Position numbers and translations under genes: made by a program
The notes under the pieces: generated by a model
Told to the model about the DNA's origin: nothing
The model's input: the letters and a program-made list of their open reading frames with translations, nothing else
Database searches by the model: none
Part shown: positions 1 to 14,197 of the stretch, piece after piece
Layout: each line of letters starts with the position of its first letter
Position numbering within the stretch: position 1 is the stretch's first letter
From: an uncultured Gemmatimonadales bacterium
Lineage (GTDB): Bacteria > Gemmatimonadota > Gemmatimonadetes > Longimicrobiales > Gaopeijiaceae
NCBI GenBank assembly: GCA_963809895.1
Contig: CAWELD010000003.1
Coordinates: forward strand, 1,920,001-1,984,000
Length of the DNA: 64,000 bases
Reading direction: 5' to 3'

Positions 1-522
1 GTAGGACACGTCCACGAGCTCACCGTCATGATCGCGGGCGATCTCGACGATGCCGTCGGCGGAGGGCACGCCGGGCACGCGTTTGAAGAGCACGCTGTTC
101 ATGATGGAGAAGACGGCGGTGGTGGCGCCGATGCCCACGGTGAGCGTGAGGAGCGCCACCAGCGTGAAGCCAGGACGGCGCAGGAAGCTGCGAACGGCGA
201 AGCGAAGATCCTGGAGAAGCGCGTCCATGGGGTGCGCCCGGTGGGAGGGATGGGGGGAGCCGGCCACGGGGGCGGTCGCGGCTCGGGGAGCACGGGAGCG
301 GCGACGCCGCACGCGCCGCACCAGGGCCGGCCACACGGAGGTGAGCACCTGGCTTCGGTACCAGCGGCGGGCCGCGGCGCGACCGTCGCGCGTCACGCGC
401 TCGCGGAACTCTTCATCGAGATCGCCGAGCATGTAGGGGCGATCCTCGGGCGGTGCGGCCGCCGCCAGCAGGGCGCGCCACGTCCGGGGAGGCGCCGGGT
501 CGCGTGGTCCGCGGGGGCTCAC
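1..522 (-). CDS. ADOP/MacB-FtsX-type ABC permease, N-terminal part (runs off window start)
   Basis: Manual translation from GTG at 522 (overlaps the PadR stop): ...[12 protein letters not shown]...WYRSQV...[48 protein letters not shown], a typical ADOP N-terminus. Not in the ORF track because it is truncated. Confidence 0.85.
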   Translation of the reverse strand, partial: MSPRGPRDPAPPRTWRALLAAAAPPEDRPYMLGDLDEEFRERVTRDGRAAARRWYRSQVLTSVWPALVRRVRRRRSRAPRAATAPVAGSPHPSHRAHPMDALLQDLRFAVRSFLRRPGFTLVALLTLTVGIGATTAVFSIMNSVLFKRVPGVPSADGIVEIARDHDGELVDVSY

Positions 523-854
523 GCCTCACCTCCGGCCAGCGGCACTCCCTCCATCATGCGCGACAGCATGGAGGTGGAGGTCCGGAGCGCTTCCCTGCCC
601 GCCTCGGTCAGCGTGTAGACCTTGCGCGAACGTCCACCGCGCACCGGTAACGGGTCGGTGATCTCGTGCTCCAGCAGGCCCCGGTCCTCCAGCCGTCCCA
701 GCGTGGCGTAGACGGCGCCGATGGATACCGGGCGCCCGGCCCGTTCCTCGATCTCCCGCCGTATCGATGCGCCGTAGGCCTCGGCCTCGGGACGCGCGAT
801 GGCCAGCATCACGAACAGCTCGAACTCCGCCAGGTACTCCGTCGATGGTGTCAT
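519..854 (-). CDS. PadR-family transcriptional regulator
   Basis: [12 protein letters not shown]...[36 protein letters not shown]...[14 protein letters not shown]; coupled to the permease. Start could be 875. Confidence 0.9.
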   Translation of the reverse strand: MTPSTEYLAEFELFVMLAIARPEAEAYGASIRREIEERAGRPVSIGAVYATLGRLEDRGLLEHEITDPLPVRGGRSRKVYTLTEAGREALRTSTSMLSRMMEGVPLAGGEA

Positions 855-994
855 ATCCCCTACGACGGAATACATATCGGTGGAGTTTCAAGCGGGCATG
901 GGCTTGGGTACGGCGGCGCCCGACCCGACGTCAAGCAAACTCTTGTTTCCCGCGCACCTGGGCCGCTGCCGCACAACTCGTTACCGTGTTCGTC

Positions 995-1630
995 GTGGAT
1001 ACGCTCACGGTACGGGGACTGACCCGGCGCTTCGGCGCCCTGGTGGTCCTGGACGGAATCAGCTTCTCGGTGGCGCCGGGCCACGCCCTGGCGCTGCTGG
1101 GACCCAACGGGGCCGGCAAGACCACCCTGCTCCGGTGCGTCATCGGCGCCGATCGGCCCGAAGCCGGCGAGATCTTCCTGGAAGGTCGGCGGCTGGACGA
1201 GACGGATCCGAGGGTGCGCGCCGGCGTGGCCGCGGCGCTGGACGACATGGAGTTCTTTCCCGATCTGTCCGTACGGGAGCACCTGGAGCTCCTGGCCTTC
1301 GCCCACGGCGAGGAGGGGAGCGGGAATCGCGAGACCGCGGCCGTGGCCGTAGTGATGACCGAGCTGGGTCTGGACCCCGCCGGCGATCAGCTCCCCGCCA
1401 CGCTCTCCAGCGGACAACGCCGCCGACTGGCGCTGGCCTCGTGCTTCGTGCGGCCCCGCCGCCTCCTGGTGCTGGACGAGCCCGAGCAGCGGCTCGACGT
1501 GCGCGGGCGGGACTGGCTCGCCCGCCGCCTCCTGCAGGAGAAGGCCGACGGAACGGCCATTCTCATGGCGTCGCACGACCCGGAGCTGGTGGAGCGGGTG
1601 GCCGACGAGCGCTTCGAGATCGGGGGATGA
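995..1630 (+). CDS. ABC transporter ATP-binding protein
   Basis: Walker A GPNGAGKTT, signature LSSGQ, Walker B LLVLDEP, H-loop SHD; start placed at GTG 995 (or 986). Confidence 0.9.
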   Translation: MDTLTVRGLTRRFGALVVLDGISFSVAPGHALALLGPNGAGKTTLLRCVIGADRPEAGEIFLEGRRLDETDPRVRAGVAAALDDMEFFPDLSVREHLELLAFAHGEEGSGNRETAAVAVVMTELGLDPAGDQLPATLSSGQRRRLALASCFVRPRRLLVLDEPEQRLDVRGRDWLARRLLQEKADGTAILMASHDPELVERVADERFEIGG

Positions 1631-1760
1631 CTCGGCTGGCCGAGAGCCCGGGGATCCGGCGCGCGCCGCCGAGCGAGGGAGGGTCTCCTGAAGGATCGCC
1701 GAGCGAAGGATCGCCGAGGGCGGGCGCGCCTCCTGAGGGATCGCCGAGGGCGGGCGCGCC

Positions 1761-3173
1761 GTGAGCGAAGCCGCTCTGCCCGGGGTGCCGTCTCCGTGGG
1801 CCTGGCGCCGCCGCCTGCGCCGCGCCCGCCGCAAACACCACGGCCGCCCCTGGGGCGAGGTCTTCACGGACCTGTACATGCTCCTCTGGCTGGTGGCCGT
1901 CTACGGCACCGCGCTGGTGTCGGTCATCCGCCGGCACGTCGCGGCGGCCGCATCGGCGCCGGCCGGGCCCGCCGAGCAGTGGTGGATCGGCATCGCCCTC
2001 CTGCTGGCCGGGGCGGGCCTCGCCTGGCGTGGCCTGCAGGCGGTGGGCCCCCTCATGGCGACGCCGGCCGAGCAGAGCTGGGGCGTCTCGACGCCGCTCG
2101 ATCGGCGGGGGCTGCTGCTGACACGCTTCGTGGCCTTCGTCCTGGGCGGTGCGGCCGTGGGAGCCGTGTTCGCCTTCATCGTGGCGTTCCTGGCGCTGCA
2201 CGGCCCGGCGCCGCTCCGGGTCGCGCTGGCCGGCGGCCTGTGGGGGGCGGCGCTGGTCGCCCTGTGCGTCGTGGCCCAGAGCACGGACGCCGGCCGCGCC
2301 GGGCGGGGCTGGCCTCGGATGCTCGGTGTCCTGACGCTCACCGCCGCCATCGTCCTGGTGGCTGCGGTGGTGGGTGCCGACTCGGTGGGCCTGCAGCTGA
2401 CCCGGCCCGAGCGTGCCTGGGCCGGAGGGATGTCGCTGGCGGGAATCCCCCTGGCCCTGGGCGGCCTGGTCGCGGCGTTCCGGATGCTGCCCCGGCTCGA
2501 CCTGGCGGCGTTGAGCGCGGGCACGCAGGTGGCGGCCGCGACCCTCACCGCCACGGTGTGGCTGGATCCTTCGGTGCTCACGGGCATCATGGAGGTGCGT
2601 CGCTGGCGGCGGGTGGGCCGCGTGCGCAGCCGGCACTTCCGGCCTCTCGGGGGACGCGTGGGCGTCCTGCTCCAGGCCGAGCTGCGGCGGCAGATGCGAC
2701 GCCCCGGCGCCCTGGCCGTGTGGGCGGTGCTGGCGCTGACCCAGTACGCCGTGGCCGTGGTGGCGCCGGCCCTGGCCGTGGTGTCCCGCGTCCTGCTGGC
2801 GTACGGGGCGGCGGGCCGGCTGGCGGCGGGACTCCGCATCCTGGACGGCTCGCCGGGGCTCCGCCGCTCGCTGGGCGGCAACGAGCTCCAGCTCCGCCTG
2901 ACCCACGTGGTGCTACCGGCGCTGGGCACGGCGCTGTGGTGGGTGCTCACCGGTCCCACCGCCGGACGGCCGCCGGGCGTCCTGGACGCCGTCCTGGTGG
3001 CCGGCATCGTCGGCGCCGCCTACCGGGGCGCCACCCGCCCGCCGCTCTCCTACGGGGGCGCCGCCATGGAGACGCCGTTCGGCCTCTTCCCGGTGGAGAT
3101 GGTGCAGCAGATGGCCCGCGGTCCCGACCTGCTGGCCGCCATCGTCCTCATCGCATGGCTCGCCGGGGGGTAG
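1761..3173 (+). CDS. Multi-pass membrane protein, probable ABC permease (DUF6297-like)
   Basis: About 10-12 hydrophobic segments, follows the ABC ATPase; C-terminal METPFGLFP...RGPDL motif resembles DUF6297 proteins (from memory). Confidence 0.65.
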   Translation: MSEAALPGVPSPWAWRRRLRRARRKHHGRPWGEVFTDLYMLLWLVAVYGTALVSVIRRHVAAAASAPAGPAEQWWIGIALLLAGAGLAWRGLQAVGPLMATPAEQSWGVSTPLDRRGLLLTRFVAFVLGGAAVGAVFAFIVAFLALHGPAPLRVALAGGLWGAALVALCVVAQSTDAGRAGRGWPRMLGVLTLTAAIVLVAAVVGADSVGLQLTRPERAWAGGMSLAGIPLALGGLVAAFRMLPRLDLAALSAGTQVAAATLTATVWLDPSVLTGIMEVRRWRRVGRVRSRHFRPLGGRVGVLLQAELRRQMRRPGALAVWAVLALTQYAVAVVAPALAVVSRVLLAYGAAGRLAAGLRILDGSPGLRRSLGGNELQLRLTHVVLPALGTALWWVLTGPTAGRPPGVLDAVLVAGIVGAAYRGATRPPLSYGGAAMETPFGLFPVEMVQQMARGPDLLAAIVLIAWLAGG

Positions 3174-3179
3174 CGGGAG

Positions 3180-3295
3180 TTCGGGGGATCGCGGGCCTGG
3201 GGGCGGCGGGATCGCGGGCCGCGGGCACCGGGTGGTTCGCGGGCTGCGCGATCGGGCCTCGGGGGATCGCGGGGTTGGGGGATCGCGGGCCGCGG
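3180..3295. repeat. Short degenerate GGGATCGCGGG repeats
   Basis: GGGATCGCGGG occurs about 4 times plus variants directly after the 3173 stop codon. Confidence 0.6.
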
Positions 3296-3409
3296 GCGCG
3301 GGGCCGCGGGCGGCGGGGCGCCGGGGCGCCGGGCGGCCTCCGGCCCAGCGTGACAGGCCACCGTGGGCGGGGGCGGGGGCGGGGGCGGCCTCGAAGCGCC
3401 CCCGTGGAT

Positions 3410-3585
3410 GCCGTCAAACCGACAATCGGAGGCTATCCGGACGGCCGGCATCGGTTTGACCGGACTATTTGGGGTGAAGTCTTCACGCGCGGGCCGGGGG
3501 GGCGACGCGTGCGGCCGCGCCGGCACATAATGCCGTCAGACCTACGAGTTCGGGTTAACACACCGGTCCTTGCTGGGTTGACGGC
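3410..3585. repeat. Tripartite palindromic repeat, diverged copy (54+7+54+7+54 = 176 bp)
   Basis: Ends GCCGTCAAACC / GGGTTGACGGC; linkers ACTATTT (3464-3470) and ACATAAT (3525-3531); same geometry as the copies at 32.5, 59.3 and 63.3 kb. Confidence 0.7.
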
Positions 3586-3656
3586 ACGCGCCGCGCCGGG
3601 CCGGCCGCGCGGGTTGACGGCACGCGCCGCGCCGGGCCGGCCGCGCGGGTTGACGG
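3575..3656. repeat. 36-bp tandem duplication starting at the right end of the tripartite repeat
   Basis: GGGTTGACGGCACGCGCCGCGCCGGGCCGGCCGCGC at 3575-3610 and 3611-3646, then GGGTTGACGG again at 3647. Confidence 0.85.
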
Positions 3657-3897
3657 GTTGAGGCCGGCCGCGCGGGTCGGCGCCACCGCCGCACGCGCCG
3701 GGCCGGCGCCGCGGCTCGGCGCGGGTCGACGCACGGGCGGCACGGGCTGGCGGGTCCACGACCCGGGCGCGCGAGCCCACAGGGAACGCCACCGACCCGG
3801 GCGATCCGGCCCGGGCCGGCTCCCGACGCCCGCCCATCGCCCGCGTCCCCCTTCCCTCCCGGCCCCTGCAGGCATTACCGTGAGGCTACAACTCGAA

Positions 3898-3968
3898 TGG
3901 GGCGATTTGCGGCGTATTGCGGCCCGCCCGGTGACTGGACTCGCCGGGCAAACGTGCTAAAAAGCCAC
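3898..3968 (+). ncRNA. SAM-II-class riboswitch aptamer upstream of metH
   Basis: GGGC-GATTTG-CGGC-GTATTGC-G-GCCC-[hairpin GCCCGGTGA..TCGCCGGGC]-AAACGT-GCTAAAAA-GCC. It carries the SAM-II core motifs GAUUU, GUAUUGC and GCUAAAAA, a P1 stem and loop/3'-end pseudoknot pairing, about 50 nt before a methionine synthase gene. Confidence 0.8.
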
Positions 3969-4018
3969 GGCCTTGGCGCGTCGCTCCCGCCCGAGGCCTT
4001 TGCTGTGGAGGGTTCTCC

Positions 4019-8049
<4,031 letters not shown>

Positions 8050-8053
<4 letters not shown>

Positions 8054-9936
8054 GCCCGGGCCGGCCTCCGGAGCCTGCCGCGCTCCCCTCGCTGCGCGCC
8101 ATGCTCGAGGACGGGCGTCTGCACGTGGTGGACGGCGCCATGGGCACGCTCCTCTACAGCCGCGGCGTCTTCGTCAACGTGTGCTACGACGCCCTCGTCC
8201 TGGAGGAGCCCGAGATGGTGCGGGGGATCCACGAGGAGTACGTGGCGGCGGGCGCCGAGATCCTGGAGACCAACACCTTCGGCGCCAATCCCGTGAAGCT
8301 GTCGTCCTTCGGGCTGGACCAGCGCACCGAGGAAATCAACCTGGCGGCGGCGCGACTCGCAGCCGAGGCCGCCGCCGGCCGCGCCCGGGTGCTGGGCGCC
8401 GTGGGTCCGCTGGGCGTTCGCATCGAGCCCTGGGGTCCCACTTCGGTGCACGAGGCTCGCCAGCACTTCCTGCGTCAGATGCGCGCGCTGGTGGACGGGG
8501 GCGTGGACGGCCTGCTGCTGGAGACCTTCGCCGACGTGCACGAGATGGAGGTGGCGCTGGCGGCGGCCCGTGACGCGGCCCAGGGCCGACCCGTCTTCGC
8601 CCAGATGACCGTCGGCGAGGACGGGCGCACGCCCTACGGCACCTCCGGCGTCGAGGCGCTGGAGAGGCTCGCCGGCCTGGGCGCGGACGCGGTGGGACTC
8701 AACTGCTCGGTGGGCCCCGCCGAGCTGCTGGACGTGCTGGAGGAGGCCGCCGACGTGGTGGCGGTCCCGCTGGTGGCACAGCCGAACGCCGGCCTTCCCC
8801 GCACCATCCGCGACCGCAAGATGTACATGGCGAGCCCCGAGTACATGGCCCGCTACGCGCGGCGCTTCGTGGATGCGGGCATCCGTTTCGTCGGGGGATG
8901 CTGCGGCACGACCCCGGAGCACATCGCCCACGTGCACCGGGTGGTGCAGGGACTGCAGCCGCGGCACTCCCACGTGCAGGTGCAGGAGCGGCGGGAGCGC
9001 GCCGGCGAGCCCGGTACCGAGCCGCTTCCGCTGGCGGAGCGCTCGGCGCTGGGACGGGCGCTGGCCGAAGGCCGCTTCGCCGCCACCGTGGAGCTGGCCC
9101 CGCCCCGCGGATGGGACGCCACCGCCATGGTGGCCGCGGCGCGCAAGGCCGGCGCCCGGGGGGTGACCGCCGTCTCGGTGCTGGACGCCCCCCGCGGCCG
9201 GAGCCGCATGGCGGCGCTGCCCGCCGCCACCCTGATCCTGGCCGAGGGCGTGGAGCCGGTCATGCACTACACCTGCCGCGACCGCAACATGATGGGCATG
9301 CTCTCGGACCTGCTGGGCGCCGCCGCCGCCGGCGTGCGCAACCTCCTGCTGGTGAGCGGCGATCCCCCGGTGCAGGGCCCCTACCCCGACGCCACCGCGG
9401 TCTTCGACATCGACAGCATCGGCCTCACCAACGTGGTGGCGGGCCTGAACCGAGGCCTCGATCCCGGCGGCACCGGCATCGGCGGCCCCACGCCCTTCGT
9501 CATCGGTGTGGCGCTGAACCCCGGCGCGGTGGATCGGGAGCGGGAGCTGTCCCGCTTTCGCTGGAAGGTGGAGGCCGGCGCCGACTTCGCCGTCACCCAG
9601 CCGGTCTTCGACGTGGACGTGCTGGCGCGCTTCCTGGACGACGCCCGTCCCCACGAGGTCCCGGTGCTGGTGGGGCTGTGGCCCTTCACCTCGGTGCGGA
9701 ACGCCGAGTACCTGGCCCACGAAGTGCCGGGTGTGACGGTGCCGGATGCGGTGATGCAGCGCATGCACGACGCCGAGACCCGGGGGCCCGGCGCCGTGCG
9801 CGCCGAGGGCGTCGCGCTGGCCCGGGAGGTGCTGGCCCGGGTGCGCCAGGTGCCCGGCGTGGCCGGCGTCTACGTCAACTCGCCCGACGGCGACATGGAC
9901 ACGGCGCTGGCGGTGCTGGACGACGCGCTCCCGTGA
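8050..9936 (+). CDS. Bifunctional homocysteine S-methyltransferase / methylenetetrahydrofolate reductase (YitJ-type)
   Basis: GTGA overlap with met[24 protein letters not shown] followed by MTHFR domain [29 protein letters not shown]. Confidence 0.92.
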
Positions 9937-10781
9937 GCGCCGCCTCGCTGCTCGAGGCACTGGAGGGCTCCGAGCCGGTGGTGACGGTGGAGCTCAGGCC
10001 GCCCCGCACCGGGCTGGGGGCGGCCGCCAGCATGGACGCGTGGATCGACCTGAACCACGCCGTGCGCCGCTTCACCGCCGCGGGCCGCTTCGTCTTCCTC
10101 ACCGACGACGCCGTGGGCCAGCGCGAAGAAGAGAACCTGGGGCACCTGCAGGCGAACCTGGCCGAGGCGGCGGATCCGTCGCGGGTCATCCCCTTCCTGA
10201 CCTGCAAGCACGCGCTGGACTACTGCCTGCTCTACGCCGAGCGGGCCAGCTCCATGGGGCTCCGCACCCTGGTGGTGCTCGGGGGAGACCGGGACGCCGG
10301 CCCGCCCCGCTGCCTGCCCCACGCCTACCTGCTCCGGGGGCGAATCCGCCAGCGCGTACCGGCGCTCACCCTGGGGGGATGGGCCAACCCGCACGCGGAT
10401 CCGGCGGAGCAGGCGCGCTACCTCGCCGAGGGCGACTTCCATGCCGGCTTCTACCTGACGCAGGTGGTGTCGCACCATTCGGCGCGCCGCCTGGCGGCGC
10501 TCACCGAGGCGTGCGCGGCCCGGGGCTGCAGCCTGCCGGGCATCGCCGGCGTCTTCCACTACCGGAGCGCCAATCCCCGGACGCTGGAACGGTTGGGAGA
10601 CTTCTTCCCGGTGCCGGCGGCGGCGCTCACGCGGGAGTTCGAGGCCGGCGCGCGCCCGGAGGAGATCACCGCGCGGAGCATCCGGGCCGCGCTGGACGCC
10701 GGCGCCCGGGGCGTCTACGTGAGCAACCTGGGGCTCCGGCGGCCGGAGCGGAGGCTGGAGGAGATCCTGGCCCTCGTGTGA
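9933..10781 (+). CDS. Divergent MTHFR-fold (FAD-linked) protein
   Basis: GTGA overlap; VTVELRPP, FLTD, PFLTCKH, VLGGD, GWANP, FYLTQ line up with MTHFR motifs but are degenerate. Confidence 0.65.
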   Translation: MSAASLLEALEGSEPVVTVELRPPRTGLGAAASMDAWIDLNHAVRRFTAAGRFVFLTDDAVGQREEENLGHLQANLAEAADPSRVIPFLTCKHALDYCLLYAERASSMGLRTLVVLGGDRDAGPPRCLPHAYLLRGRIRQRVPALTLGGWANPHADPAEQARYLAEGDFHAGFYLTQVVSHHSARRLAALTEACAARGCSLPGIAGVFHYRSANPRTLERLGDFFPVPAAALTREFEAGARPEEITARSIRAALDAGARGVYVSNLGLRRPERRLEEILALV

Positions 10782-10835
10782 CGGACCGGCGCGAGTCCTC
10801 CGGCGCCCGACGAGCCCGCCCGGAATCCCCCGAAC

Positions 10836-11567
10836 TCAGATGCGGTTCAGGATGAAGTCCGGCGTGAAGCGGGCCAGGTAGCTGGACAGGATCGTGAAGC
10901 TCCCCGTCACCAGCAGAATCCCCAGGAACACCAGGAGCACGCCCGACGCCCGCTCCAGCGTCGGCACCCAGCGCCGGAAGCGGCGGAACGCCCCCAGGAA
11001 GCGCTCCAGCGCCAGCCCCGCCAGCAGGAACGGCACGGCCAGGCCCACCGAGTAGGCGAAGAGGAGGCCCATGCCCTGCCAGATGGTGTCGGAGGTCCCG
11101 GCCAGCGTCAGGATCGCGCCGAGCACCGGGCCGATGCACGGGGTCCAGCCCGCGCCGAAGGCCGCGCCCACGGCCAGCGTGCCCAGGTGGCCCGCGGGCT
11201 TGTCGGCGAGCTGGACGCGACGCTCGCGCATGAGGGCGCCGATGCGGAACACGCCCATGAGATGGAGCCCCAGCACGATGATGAGCACGCCCCCGATGCG
11301 GGCGATCCAGTCCTCGTAGAGGTTGAAGAACTGGCCCAGGAACGACGCCGTGGCGCCGAGGATCATGAAGACCCCGGTGAAGCCCGCCACGAACAGCGCC
11401 GAATGCACCATCACCGCGCGGCGGTCGACGGCGCCGTCCTGCAGATCGTCCAGCGTCATCCCTGTCACGAAGGACAGGTAGCTGGGCACCAGCGGCAGCA
11501 CGCAGGGCGACAGAAAGGAAAGAAGCCCTGCGGTCAGGGCGATGGTCACACCCAGGGACTCGGTCAC
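10836..11567 (-). CDS. ccdA: Cytochrome c biogenesis protein CcdA
   Basis: GLLSFLSPCVLPLVPSY and GWTPCIGPVLG motifs, six TM segments. Confidence 0.93.
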   Translation of the reverse strand: MTESLGVTIALTAGLLSFLSPCVLPLVPSYLSFVTGMTLDDLQDGAVDRRAVMVHSALFVAGFTGVFMILGATASFLGQFFNLYEDWIARIGGVLIIVLGLHLMGVFRIGALMRERRVQLADKPAGHLGTLAVGAAFGAGWTPCIGPVLGAILTLAGTSDTIWQGMGLLFAYSVGLAVPFLLAGLALERFLGAFRRFRRWVPTLERASGVLLVFLGILLVTGSFTILSSYLARFTPDFILNRI

Positions 11568-13255
11568 GCGCTCTCTTCCTCGGTCTCGTTCGGGATCTGG
11601 GGATCGCGCCCGCCGCTTCCGGGCTCGTCCGTCTCGTGGCTGGTGCCGGTGGCATCGGGCTCGTCGCCGGCGGGCAGCTCCGGCGGGCCGCCGGCATGCA
11701 ACGCGGCGGTGCGGGCGGCGGCTCGCTCATCGCGGGCGTCCATGGCCCGGGCGCGCCTCTTCTCCAGGAAGGCCCGCACCGCGCCGGTGCCGCCCACCCA
11801 GGCCAGCACCGCGGCCAACGCCCAGCCGGCCCAGCTCGGGATCAGCGCCACCAGCACCGCCGCCACCAGCGCCATGGTGGATACCGTTCCCAGGATGGTG
11901 CGGTCCTCGCGGCCCAGGGGGCGGTGGCCCGCCAGCGCGTCGCCGAAGATGGATCCGGCGCGCACGAAGTCGGCGATGCGCCAGCCCGTGCTGCCGCCGG
12001 CGCGGTTGCGCAGCTGCCACTCCAGGCGTTCGGGAAGCGTGCCTTCGGGCTCCAACGGCGTCGTGGGCGGCTGGTGCTCGCCCTCCACCGGCTCGGGCAC
12101 CTCACGTGCCCGCACCCGGGGCAGCGTGATCTCCACCGACGACGCCAGGTCCGCCAGGAAGAGCCCCTCGAGCTGCCCCGCCAGGCCCTCGTCCAGGACG
12201 CCCACGTCGATCTCCCAGTTTCCCAGGAGCGAGGCGGCGTTGAGGTTGCTCGAGCCCACCCGGCACCAGATGCCGTCGGCCACCGCCGTCTTGGCGTGGA
12301 TCATGGGGCCCTGCCACTCGAAGAGGCGCACGCCGGATTCCATGAGGAAGCGGTAGCCGGCCCGGGACATGCTTCCGACCCACGGCCAGTTGTTGTGCGC
12401 CGGCAGGAGGATGCGCACGTCCACGCCCGCCAGCGCCGCGGCCGCCAGGGACTCGGACACCGGACGGGGCGCCACGAAGTAGGGGTCGGTGATCCAGAGA
12501 CGGTTGCTGGCGTGGGCCGCCACCAGCTGGAGCGTGCGGTAGACGCGGCTCCGGCCGGGCTCGCCCTGGATGATCCACACCGGCGTGTTGCCCGCGGTCT
12601 CGGCGGAGCGCGGGTGGACGTGCAGGTCCACCGGCACGGGATCGCCGATCTCGGACCAGATGCGCTCGAAGGCCTGGGTGGCGGCAGCGGCGGCGGGTCC
12701 CCGGATCTCGACGCCGGTGTCCCTCCAGGGGGGATCGTCGCCGGCCCCGGCCCACTCCACGCCCACGCAGAATCCCCCGACGTACGCCACGGTGCCGTCG
12801 ACGCACACGAGCTTGCGGTGGTCCCGCTGGAAGACGCCCAGGGGATCACGCAGCCGCGGGCGGTTGAAGGCGCGCACCTCGATGCCGGCCTGGCGAAAGA
12901 CCTTCCAGTAGCGCCGGGGCGTGGCCCAGCACCCCACCCAGTCGTACAGCACGCGCACGGGAATCCCCTGACGCGCCTTGGCCACCAGGGCGTCGCGGAA
13001 GGCCCGACCGACACGGTCGTCGCGCAGGATGTAGTTCTCGAAGTGGACGAAGTGCTGGGCCCGGTCGATGGCCTCCAGCCAGGTCTCGAAGGTGGAGGAG
13101 CCCTCGAACTGCAGCGACAGCGCGTTGCCGTCGATGCGAGGGGCACCCGTGGCGCGCTCGATGGCCTCGAGTGGGAAGGCAGAGCGGGCTCCCGGGACCG
13201 CACGCCCCACCTCTTCTCCGTCACGGAGGGAGAGGGTGCGGTGACCTTCGTTCAT
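11564..13255 (-). CDS. Phospholipase D superfamily protein, cardiolipin synthase-like
   Basis: Two HKD motifs (RDHRKLVCVDG, MIHAKTAVADG), WRDT, GSSNL; C-terminal hydrophobic hairpin. Confidence 0.88.
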   Translation of the reverse strand: MNEGHRTLSLRDGEEVGRAVPGARSAFPLEAIERATGAPRIDGNALSLQFEGSSTFETWLEAIDRAQHFVHFENYILRDDRVGRAFRDALVAKARQGIPVRVLYDWVGCWATPRRYWKVFRQAGIEVRAFNRPRLRDPLGVFQRDHRKLVCVDGTVAYVGGFCVGVEWAGAGDDPPWRDTGVEIRGPAAAAATQAFERIWSEIGDPVPVDLHVHPRSAETAGNTPVWIIQGEPGRSRVYRTLQLVAAHASNRLWITDPYFVAPRPVSESLAAAALAGVDVRILLPAHNNWPWVGSMSRAGYRFLMESGVRLFEWQGPMIHAKTAVADGIWCRVGSSNLNAASLLGNWEIDVGVLDEGLAGQLEGLFLADLASSVEITLPRVRAREVPEPVEGEHQPPTTPLEPEGTLPERLEWQLRNRAGGSTGWRIADFVRAGSIFGDALAGHRPLGREDRTILGTVSTMALVAAVLVALIPSWAGWALAAVLAWVGGTGAVRAFLEKRRARAMDARDERAAARTAALHAGGPPELPAGDEPDATGTSHETDEPGSGGRDPQIPNETEEESA

Positions 13256-13288
13256 TGGATCGTCCCGTCGTGGAGGCGAGCCGCCCCG

Positions 13289-14191
13289 TCAGAAGCGGTC
13301 CTGGAAGCGATACCCCAGAAGCTTGTAGACGAGCTTGGCCACGAGGAAGTCCGGCGCGTGCAGACCGGGCGTGGGCGCCAACTCCACCACGTCGCACCCC
13401 ACCACCTTCCGCTCACGGAACACCCGCCGGAGGAAGCGCAGCGTGCGGTACCAGTCGCCGCCGCCGGGCTCGGGCGTGCCCGTGGACGGCATGAGCGAGG
13501 GGTCGAAGTAGTCCACGTCGAAGGTGATGTAGACCTCGGGGCCCAGCGCGTCCAGGGCACGCTCCATCCAGGCGTCGTCCTGCCACATGACGTCGGCCCA
13601 GATCATCGTGATCCCGTCGCGGGAGCCGGCGATCTCCATCTCCTCGGCGCTCACTGCCCTGAGGCCGACGCCCACCACGTCGGCGGCGTCGAGCACCCGG
13701 GCCATGGCCGAGGCGTGGGAGTGGGGCGTGCCCTCGTAGGACGGCCGCAGGTCGGCGTGGGCATCGAGCTGCAGGACCGACAGCCGGGTCTCGCACAGCG
13801 CCGCGTGCGACAGGATCGCCGGCGACGACACCGAGTGCTCACCGCCCAGCATGAGCACGAAGCGCTCGCCGGCGGCATTCAGGACGCGGTCGTGGGCGGC
13901 GCGCAGCTCGGCCATGGCCTGGCCCGCGCCGGCCCGGGTCAGATCCAGCGCCGGCAGGGTGTGGATGCCCAGCGCCGGGCCCACCTCGGCGTTCAGCTCC
14001 TGGTCGTAGAGCTCGATGAAGCGCGATGCCTCGAGAATCGCCTGCGGGCCGCCCCGGGCGCCGCCACCGTAGCTGGTGGTGGACTCGTACGGCACCGGGA
14101 GGATCACCGCCGACGCCGTCTCGAACGCGGCCTCGTCTCCCTCCAGGCCCAGGAAGGTGTGAGGGAGCTCCCAGGTCAGGTCATCGAGCAT
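13289..14191 (-). CDS. speB: Agmatinase
   Basis: GGEHS, DAHADL, ITFDVDYFDPS, TGTPEPGG; adjacent to arginine decarboxylase. Confidence 0.92.
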   Translation of the reverse strand: MLDDLTWELPHTFLGLEGDEAAFETASAVILPVPYESTTSYGGGARGGPQAILEASRFIELYDQELNAEVGPALGIHTLPALDLTRAGAGQAMAELRAAHDRVLNAAGERFVLMLGGEHSVSSPAILSHAALCETRLSVLQLDAHADLRPSYEGTPHSHASAMARVLDAADVVGVGLRAVSAEEMEIAGSRDGITMIWADVMWQDDAWMERALDALGPEVYITFDVDYFDPSLMPSTGTPEPGGGDWYRTLRFLRRVFRERKVVGCDVVELAPTPGLHAPDFLVAKLVYKLLGYRFQDRF

Positions 14192-14197
14192 GGAGGC

